Of a stretch of 14,357 nucleotides of DNA, positions 1-8,800 are shown piece by piece; position 1 is the first letter of the stretch, and each line of letters opens with the position of its first letter. The notes under the pieces were generated by a model. It saw only the letters and a program-made list of their open reading frames with translations, searched no databases and was not told the DNA's origin. The position numbers and the translations under genes are program-made. The stretch comes from Vitrella brassicaformis CCMP3155 (Eukaryota; Protista; Chromerida): NCBI GenBank assembly GCA_001179505.1, contig CDMY01000867.1, positions 1-14,357 of the forward strand. The letters are read 5' to 3'.

Positions 1-772
1 GGGGGGGGGGGGAGAGGAAGAAAGAAGAGCAGAGAAGAGGCAAAGAAGGGCAGAGGGCGGTGGGGGACAGCCACGCTCCTCAGTGCGGGGGGTCGCTGGG
101 CTTGTTTGAAGAGAGAATGGTACTGAAGGGCTGATATCCCAAGTGCAACTGTTACTGGAGTCTGGGGGTTTTCGAGACAAGAGGGGGCCGGTGTCCCGGG
201 GGTCTCGAAAACGCCGTCTTTTGCTGGAGAGATGTCAAAATTGAGAGATTTTAAAGGCCCACTGACCATCACCACAGACATCAAAGATCCACTGTCACTT
301 GCACTCTCGGTGTGTTCTGTGCACATGCACACAAAGGCTCTCTTCACGGCATGTCGTCAGACACACACACAAACACCGAGTACTGTTAAAACGCATACAT
401 TCACTCTCTCTCTCGCCCCCCACCCGCAAACACACGGCCCACCGACAAACAGGCCTGCCTGCCTGCCACAGAAAGCGCAACCCAACCCATGCAGTGCCAC
501 GCATGCACTTAAACGACCCTCCTTGTTTCGCGCCCGCTGAGTGCTCAGCCATATCCATCCGCTCAGTGGGTACTGTACTTGGCTCATTCAGAGCTCTCAT
601 GCGCTCACACGTCAGACCCACCACATATATATGCAGCGTATGTATCTACACACACCAGGAAGGAATCCTTCGGGCAAACGAACCCAATCAGTCCATCGAC
701 AAAAAAAACGAAGCCCCTCTACCAACTGATAGATCGCCACACAGCCCGTCTGTCTGCTCTATCGGTCTGTCG

Positions 773-3084
773 CTACACCATCGCCAATGCGCCCAGCACA
801 TGGGCGTCATTATTGATGACGTTGTGGCGGAGGGTCACGCCGATGCCGTATCGGGACGCCTCCAGCCGCACTGCCCGAGCGATCACCTCGCACACACCCA
901 TGTGCTGCTGCGGCTGGGCGGCGCCGCCTACGGCGAAGCATCGCAGCGCAGCGACGCCGGGCCCCCCCACCACACGAACATTGCCGTGCCTCTGCGGCCG
1001 CTCCTGGCTGCCCTCCTGCTGCTGCTGCGGCACCGGCTGGCAGATCACACGCGCTGCGGCCGTGACGTACTGGCGGACGGCGTGGTTGATTTGTGTGCCG
1101 ATGGGCTCATCGCCGATGGGGNNNNNNNNNNNNNNNNNNNNNNNNNNNNNNNNNNNNNNNNNNNNNNNNNNNNNNNNNNNNNNNNNNNNNNNNNNNNNNN
1201 NNNNNNNNNNNNNNNNNNNNNNNNNNNNNNNNNNNNNNNNNNNNNNNNNNNNNNNNNNNNNNNNNNNNNNNNNNNNNNNNNNNNNNNNNNNNNNNNNNNN
1301 NNNNNNNNNNNNNNNNNNNNNNNNNNNNNNNNNNNNNNNNNNNNNNNNNNNNNNNNNNNNNNNNNNNNNNNNNNNNNNNNNNNNNNNNNNNNNNNNNNNN
1401 NNNNNNNNNNNNNNNNNNNNNGCCGATGGGCTCATCGCCGATGGGGATGGGGGGGGGGGGCGGGCTGTCGGTCTGGTTGGTGGGGGCGAGATAGCCGTTG
1501 ATGGCCGTCAGGACGTCAGGCGGCAGGGCGATGGTGCGGCTGCGGAGGGAGATCGGCTGGGTGAGGGACGCCATGAGGCTGCGTGATGGGCGGAGGGCCT
1601 TGTTGATGGCCTGCAGGGCCAGGCGGGGGATGGACTCGTTGAGGAAGGACGAGTATGCCGTAAGCAGCTTGGGTCTTCCACCCTGCTGTGTGAGCCCGGC
1701 AGTCACCACAGATGCGCCGTGCTCGAGCAGACCGACGAGGGCTTCGCTAGGACAGTAAAATCGGGCTGCCGCATCGGTGAGCGCCGTGTTGCCCTGGCCG
1801 TCGGGCGTGTTGATGTGTTGCGCCGCCCCATACCGATAGAGACGCTCGATCGTTGCAGAGGCGTTCGATGGGTCTGCAGCTCTTCCGTGGTACTCGTACG
1901 CGTGATGAGCTATAGAGAGGGGCCGCCTGCCGTCAGGCGGCAGGGTGGGAGTGAGCTGGACGGGTGTGTTGACGACATCCGGCCCCAGCTTCTCGGCGAA
2001 GTGGTCGATGAGCTGCTCCTGCAGCTTCTTGTCGCTCAGTGGCCTTGAGCTGAAGTGATGGATGGGCCGCCAGCCATCGTCGTCCTTCTCCGACAGCACC
2101 GTCAAGTTCCGCTCGCCGAGCATCTTGACCACACGCAGCTTGTCGGCCGAGCTCGACTCGCTGCGACACACCGCCGCCACCAGGCACTGTCCGGCAACTG
2201 AGGTGCCGTCTTGCGGCTCCAGCATGACATCCAGGACACCCCACTTGCCGGCCCGCGCGGCCGTGTGAAGTGCGCTGTCGCGGTCGCTGCGTCTGTTTGG
2301 TGGGACGTTGGGGGCGCCAGCGTCGAGCAGCACCCGCATCACGCCGACGGCCTCGGGCTCGTCCAGGTGCTCTGCGGCAAGTCGGGGCAGGCTCGTGTCG
2401 GCGCCGGCCGAAGTGGGCCACGCCCTGACGATCTGATTGCCCTCGGCGCCTCGGTGGATGAGGTCGCGGGCTGACCCCTCACTGATGACATTGCAGGCGA
2501 CGCCGATAGCCAGCTGCCTCGTCAGCTGGCTCGCGCCTCGGAAATCGATGACGACGTTGTTAGGGCTGAGATTCGGGGGGCCTGCCAACCAAGCAGTGGA
2601 GGGTCGCCAGATGCTCACTCGGTCAGGGAAGGTGAGGGGCTGGTCGGGCGGCACAGTGGCGCAGAGCGCTGGAGGAGGGGACGATCCCCAGACGAACGAC
2701 TCGGACGGCCCCTGATTGATCGACACACACATGCACCACAGCTGTTGTGTCTGCTCTGCCTCATTGGGGTGTGGTTGCCTCATCACTCACCGTCGGTGTG
2801 GAGCCCTCAGCTGGCTTCAGCGACACCCCATCCGTCTCGCCCTCCCACATCCCATATGTGTCCTTGAAGAAGACTAGATGAGGCGTGTCGTCCGCCATCA
2901 GCCGCCGCCCTCCTCCCTCTTCGCGGCGCTTGAGCTGTCCGTCGGCTCCGATGATGCCGTAGCTGTAGTTGCACCTCACTACGAAGTCGCTGCGACTGTA
3001 CACCCCTTCACGATCCTTCCTGCTTTCGGAAGGGAGGACCACAGACAGAGACCACCTCGGGCAAGTCGGTGACGGGGGACTCAT
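773..3084 (-). CDS. Ankyrin-repeat protein, 2 exons (3084-2791; 2711-773 after removing the false gap), ~635 aa
   Basis: ATG at 3084 in gtcgccATG context. Phase-0 intron 2790-2712 (GTGAGT...ATCAATCAG) joins ...EGSTPT|GPSES. Ankyrin-like motifs: DSALHTAARAGKWGVLDVMLE, GWRPIHHF, GRRPLSIAH, GNTALTDAAAR...LLEHGAS, VMRVLLDAGA. Stop TAG at 775-773. Exon 2 is 1939 nt; minus 300 N and a 25-nt duplicated flank it is 1614 nt, a whole number of codons. Confidence 0.85.
1122..1421. other. Assembly gap (300 N), probably spurious (flanks overlap by 25 nt)
   Basis: gccgatgggctcatcgccgatgggg is at 1097-1121 and again at 1422-1446; a G12 run at 1449-1460 lies next to it. Confidence 0.9.
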
Positions 3085-3743
3085 GGCGACGGGGTCTCGA
3101 GTGCCAAGCACAAGGGCAACTGCACGCACAGATGGAACACAAGCAAGCCGGACGGGGCAGCTGCAAATGGGGCGGTGGGTGCTCTTTTGTCTCTCCATTT
3201 TCTCACCTGATTCGCCCTCAGCAATGTCAGACACCTCTACACTAAACAGCGCCAACACACGGGGTCCATTCAGAGGGGTCTCACTGACATCTACACACAT
3301 CCACACGTGCACACCAGATTCATCTGGAGTGATTGATTCGAGGAACGCATGAGGGGCCTTGAGGGCGGGGGAAGATCCACGTACCTTCTCGCCTCAATGT
3401 GGGCCGTATTTGCGGCCGAGAGGCGAAAGCCATGATTTGTTGTGCCCTCTCGCCAATGCGAGCTTGGAAACTGAGGGAGGATCTTTCTGTCCTCTCACGT
3501 CCCTTGGGCAGGCTGCAGCATCCTCACAGGCACCTTCACAACTTCAATCTCCTCAACAATGGCGTTTCCATTCATCGCCGGCGTCGATAGCAGCTGACGA
3601 GGTGCGATGACTGAGCCGCCGAAAAGGTCAGCTAAAAGCCGTCGACGGCCGTGCAGACACACACATATCATCCGTCAGGTCACTCTCTGTGCGTCGTGTG
3701 TGTGGCATTGTTTCGTTGATTCAGGTGCTCTCATCAGCGAATC
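3085..3743. promoter_or_regulatory. Divergent intergenic region between the ankyrin gene and the EF-hand gene
   Basis: 659 bp between oppositely oriented start codons. Probable plus-strand 5'UTR intron 3602-3724 (GAG|GTGCGA...GATTCAG). Confidence 0.55.
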
Positions 3744-4365
3744 ATGGCTGAGCCTCGTTTTGGCAGTGTGTCCGATGGCGACGTGGACAGGATCTTCTGC
3801 CGCTTTGACCACGGCTCCAAGGGCGTGCTGACGCGCGCAGAGCTCAAGAGCGCCCTGCTGGCGGTGTTCGGCTTCCCATTCGTCAAGAGTGACATTCAGG
3901 TGGGTCGGCAGAAAGGGACGGAAGGACACAAACAAACAAGGCACGGACATGGCTGCTGGTGTGGTGCTGTGCTGTGCATCAGCACTTGTGGGAGGAGGGG
4001 CTTAGTCACCAGCGGCCGCCCTTCACGCCGCCAGGCCTCTCAAAAGAGGTCTTTAGAGCTATCGTACGTAAGCAACAACACTCTCTCACCGACGGATCAG
4101 GGAGAGTGTGTGTTGCACATGAGTGCAGGTGAGACGTCGGGAGCGGCTGATCTCATCGTTTGACCGGTCCTTCCGGGCCTTCTCTGCCCTCGACCGGCAC
4201 TCCCGCGGCTTCCTGCTGCTGGACGACATCGAGTGTGCGATGGGCGAGGTCTGCCCGGCCGTCAAGATCAGCGCGGCGGAGGTGTTTGCCGCCATGGACA
4301 GGGGGACGGCGGGGAGGGTGACCTTCACTGACTTCCGACTGTTCATCGGGGAGGGAGCCCTGTGA
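3744..4365 (+). CDS. EFCAB11: EF-hand calcium-binding domain protein, EFCAB11-like; exons 3744-3899, 3983-4063, 4129-4365; 157 aa
   Basis: Two phase-0 GT-AG introns give MAEPRFGSVSDGDVDRIFCRFDHGSKGVLTRAELKSALLAVFGFPFVKSDIQ|HLWEEG...GLSKEVFRAI|VRRRERLISSFDRSFRAFSALDRHSRGFLLLDDIECAMGEV...EVFAAMDRGTAGRVTFTDF. This lines up along its length with human EFCAB11 as I remember it (KGYLSREDFKTAVVMLFGY; GFLNIVRKK; RGFLTLEDF; GHVSFRDF). The symbol is by recalled similarity. Confidence 0.85.
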
Positions 4366-4925
4366 TAGGGAGACAGACTAGTGGGATACGGTGCCGAGAG
4401 CCGGGGAGATCGATGCATCTGTAGTCCTGAATGACCGACTTGGAAGGACAACTCCTTTCAAAGCGCTCAAGCATTAATCGACAGCTGTCTTTATTTGGTG
4501 TTGGTGCGTCATCAACACGACCACGCACTCACATCTGCACAGCGAGTTCCATCAAGAGAAGGTCTTCACACAACAGAAAATGGAAACAGTGATTAGTCGC
4601 CATTGGGGCTGTCTCAGCGAACCAGCCAGCACTGCCTGTCAACGAGACACACATGAGAGACAACAGAGAGAGACATGCCGAGAGGTGCTCGATGGCCTCG
4701 ACGAAGGTGGCCATGGCGATTCTTCCCATCAAGGGAACGATGCTGTTGTGCGACGGGGCCAGGCATGTACCCCGGCGATGAGAGCACGTGTCTGTTTCTC
4801 CCTCTGTTGGCGTGCGTCGCGTGCGTGTCAGACCCATGTGAGCGCTTCACAGGTTCGAGTCCATCCATGTGTTCATGTCATGAAGACTTCAGTCATGGTT
4901 GTCTGGTCTTGTCTGCTGCTAGTAT

Positions 4926-4945
4926 ACACACACACACACACACAC
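4926..4945 (+). repeat. (AC)10 microsatellite
   Basis: Direct reading. Confidence 0.95.
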
Positions 4946-5839
4946 TGCATTGCAATGCATTGCAACCTGTCAGTCAGTCAAAAAAGGACAGACCACCTCC
5001 CTCCAATGTGAGACCTGGCGTGATACCCCCCCTCCCCCATCTCCCACACACACGATCGGCTGCACGCCTCTGTGCCCCCAGCAGCTGACGCAGTCCATCC
5101 GTCGGTCTGGCCTCGACGAATGGGCACAGTCAGCTGCCGTGTTGACAGAAGCACACACCCAGACCGTGTGCGGTCAAATCCTCAGGTGCCGACAGAATGA
5201 CTCAATTGTCGATTCGATCATCGCTTTAGGTGTGCTCCCCTTCCGCGGCCAGCCACGGACCGATAAACACCGACCGCAGCACAGCACAGCATATGACATC
5301 ATGGGATGGGACGGGTGGTGGGCGAGTGAGTGGGATGAGCACACAGGTGGATGGCCGAGATTGAGCAAGGTGGTCCACCACCTCACTATCATGCCTTTTC
5401 TGTCCTGCGCGAAGACCGCGCCGACAGCGAGGGATGAGCAACAAGTGCCGACACCCGGCTTTGCTCAGCCGGTGTCGGCACTCTCGTTCCCCCCATCGCG
5501 GCCAACACAGTCATCACACACAGTGGAGGCACAGTCGAGGCACGACAGCAGTCGAACAAAAGGTAGGTAAGAGCGACACACGAGGTTCGCGCAAAAATGC
5601 GGCAATCAGTCTCCCTTTCCCACAGGCACAAAGCGGTCGACCACATACATGGACACGAAGCCGCAGGCAGACGACCCAAAAAGTTGCGTTGGCCGGCCTC
5701 ACTCTTTCGTTGTCTCTCTCGCCAGAAGAGAAAGAAACTGCCCCTCCCCTCCCCTCCCCGCCCTCCCCCTCTCCCACAATTGAGCAAAGCCGAAGGACAC
5801 ACACACACAAGCATCAATACCCACACACGCAATGCACTC

Positions 5840-8800
5840 TCACTCACACACGTGTGAGTGGTTGGACGAGAGGGGCACCGAGAGGGCCTCGAGGTTGCGC
5901 CACTCGTGGTCGCTCGCCAGGTCGGTGCGCTCGTGCACAAAGGTCGACGCCGCCGCGCCCACCTTGCCGCTCAGCCCTCTCAAACCCTTCCTCAGCCGCC
6001 TCCCATACACACGCATCACCCCCCACACGCCCGCAACACCCACCACTGACAGCAGCACACACCCCCACACGACGAAAAAAGTCGAGAAAGACGGCGACTG
6101 GGAAGAAGACCCTCCTCCCAGATCGCCACCCAAACCCAAGTCAGCCTTGGCGCCCTGCGTCGACGTGAGCGGGTGTGAGGGCGGCATTGGCAGAGAGGAG
6201 GGGTGGTAGTCCTGCTCGCCATCTGTGGGGGCCGATGCCGCCACGGGGGCCCCCTCGTTGACCAGCATGAGGGAGGGGAGGGGCGTCAGGCGGTTGGGCG
6301 GCGACACGAGCGAGGAGCGGGGCGAGTGGTGGGCGTCGTGGTGGTGCGCGTGGTGGGTGAGCTTGTAGAGCATCTTGCCCGTCGCCTGGCCGGCCAGGAG
6401 CAGCGCTGCTGGGGAGGTTGCTGGGAGGTGGCGGACGAGCATCTGCATGTCCCTTGACACGTTGACGCCATCGATCGACACCATCAGCTGCACACACAGA
6501 TCACAGAAAGGGGACCACATCACATCATAGTTGGGTGTGGTGTATCTCTTGACCGCCTTAGCTCACCTTGTCGGTGCTCTCGTGCCTCTCGACCTTGATA
6601 CTGTCGATGCTGACGCCGTCCATGCGGGCCTCGAGGTCTCTGGCGAGTTTTGTGAGCTTGCTGGCGAAGCCCAGGGGCGCCTTCCTCAGGGCGGTGGTGT
6701 TGGTGATGCACTCCTTGACGATGAGCGGGATGTAAGTCTTGATGTCGTCGACGATTGCCATGACGCCCTCCCTGAAGGTGGTCTTGTTGAGGACCATCGC
6801 CCAGTCGTCCTCCAGCGCACCCACAAACGACTGGACCACACGGCCACACGCGACACAATACACCCATCCGTTCATTGACCCAAATCTCTCTCACCATGAC
6901 GGTGTCGATGCAAGAAGTGTCGTTGCCCTCCTTGCCGAAGACCACTGGCTGGTCCTTGCCCCTCCCCCCCAGAGCCGTCCACCGTGGGGGCAGCCCCTGC
7001 GCCACGCCAGCCAGGAAATAGGATGCGCGACGCAGTGCGTCAGGGGAGATAGCAGAGGGGCCCGGGGGGTGGGGGATGGCCACACCGATGAGGAGCTTGC
7101 CAAGGGCCTGCACAAGCAAGGGCAGACAAACAGACACTCTTGATTCTTGAAAGGTAGACGTGTGTGGTCGGCATGGTCGCTTCGCTGACTGACCATGCCG
7201 ACGTCTTCGCCGAGGCCCTCCCAGTCGTCATTGCCGTATGCGATGACGGCCTGGTTCATCTCGTGGAAGATGTCGCGCCCGTTGATCAGCAGGTCCTTGC
7301 CCACGTGCAGAGCAAACGACTGGACGCACAGCACAGCACAGAGATTTGAAGGGTGGGTAGCTCACTTTGTGTGGGTGTGGTTCTCTGTCTGTGTGTGGTG
7401 ATGGGATGGCTACGTGTGGGTTTGAGAGGGTGGCGAGTGCTTCTTCGATCTTCTCGAGGTCGTGCTCTCCCGCCTTGCAGTCGCGCAGACTCGGAAGGCT
7501 GAACGAACACAATGCATTCAGACGTGTGTGAGCGTGAAGCTTGGTGTGGGTGGTGGGGCTGCGTCTGTCCTCCGTGTGTGGTGCATGTATTACTTACAGC
7601 TTCTTGTCGAGCGCGTCGGCCAGCACCTGCACATGACATGCAAAAGACAGACAGATCAGAGAGATGCAAACAAAGGAGCGACATTCGAGCTTCTTTCTGT
7701 GTGTTGTGTGCTGGTTGGTTCACTGGCTGACTGACCTTGAGCCCGGCCTTGACGTCCGCCCTGTCCTTCTTGAGTATGAGGGCTATCGCGATGGCAATGT
7801 CCTCATCCAACTCGTTCGTGTCCTCTAAACACACACACACACGAAGAAAGGCATCCATGTGTTGTGCCAAGGGTACATGCCGGCCCTGCCGGCCCATGCA
7901 TGACGTCTCCCTCCCTCCCTGCCGTACTTATGCAGGCCCACAGCAGCGGGTAGTCGAGTCCGAACCCCTCCAGCAGCCCCTTGGCGAACAGCTGGATCTT
8001 CGCAGTGTTGTTGGGCACACTCACGTCGGGAAGCGCCTCTGCTACCGATGACAGCGGGCGGACCATGGAGCCCAACGCACGACTGCAGCAATCGAGAGCA
8101 GGAGATAAGATCGCTGCATCGTCAGTTTGTGTGAGTGTGCGCGCGCGTGGGTGGATGGATGGATGGATGGATGGGGGGGGGGNNNNNNNNNNNNNNNNNN
8201 NNNNNNNNNNNNNNNNNNNNNNNNNNNNNNNNNNNNNNNNNNNNNNNNNNNNNNNNNNNNNNNNNNNNNNNNNNNNNNNNNNNNNNNNNNNNNNNNNNNN
8301 NNNNNNNNNNNNNNNNNNNNNNNNNNNNNNNNNNNNNNNNNNNNNNNNNNNNNNNNNNNNNNNNNNNNNNNNNNNNNNNNNNNNNNNNNNNNNNNNNNNN
8401 NNNNNNNNNNNNNNNNNNNNNNNNNNNNNNNNNNNNNNNNNNNNNNNNNNNNNNNNNNNNNNNNNNNNNNNNNNNNNNNNNNCTGTGTATCTTTCGGCTT
8501 ACCCAGCGGCCTGATATCGTTGGTGTTTCCACTCGTCAATGAAGGTGTTGAGCGGCTCGAACATGGCAACCCCGTCAACAGACAGCCGCACACCTACACC
8601 GGCCCAAACCACACAGCAACCACACACATCGCATACATGGGCATCAAATCAATCAAGGGGATCCATCTCATCTGCAACCCCGCAATCACCTGGGACGTAT
8701 TCCATTTTTGCGGGGTTGGCCAGCCGTCTGGCGGCGTTGGCCATGTCAGCCCGGAGGGCGACAGGGGCAGTGGAGGGGAGGGCATCGGACAGAGCCGTCA

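Noticed and set aside
1097-1446. Real tandem duplication of a PIGDEPIG peptide
   Set aside because: The two copies abut the N-gap exactly, and only the merged version keeps the frame; an assembly overlap is simpler.
232-1586. Plus-strand ORFs 232-540, 299-1501, 579-1586, 1093-1494
   Set aside because: Antisense shadows or microsatellite translations (THTQT, CVCV), inflated by Ns; no protein-like motifs.
5427-5499. SECIS element
   Set aside because: The AUGA / apical AA / GA spacing does not fit on either strand, and no nearby gene has an in-frame UGA.
4950-6209. Long plus-strand ORFs (4950-5570, 5434-6168, 5832-6209)
   Set aside because: Low-complexity or antisense to the last exon of the repeat gene; no family resemblance.
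7994-8026. 33-nt in-frame intron (GTGAGT...ATCCAG) within exon 6 of the repeat gene
   Set aside because: Much shorter than the other introns, no intronic repeats or pyrimidine tract, and it encodes plausible sequence (VSVPNNTAKIQ) with a sequon.
8064-8119. Separate gene starting MQRSYLLLSIAAVV with a 1-nt frameshift into ALGSMVRP
   Set aside because: This stretch is the polypyrimidine tract and acceptor of a phase-2 intron. The upstream exons join in frame and supply a real signal peptide at 9379.
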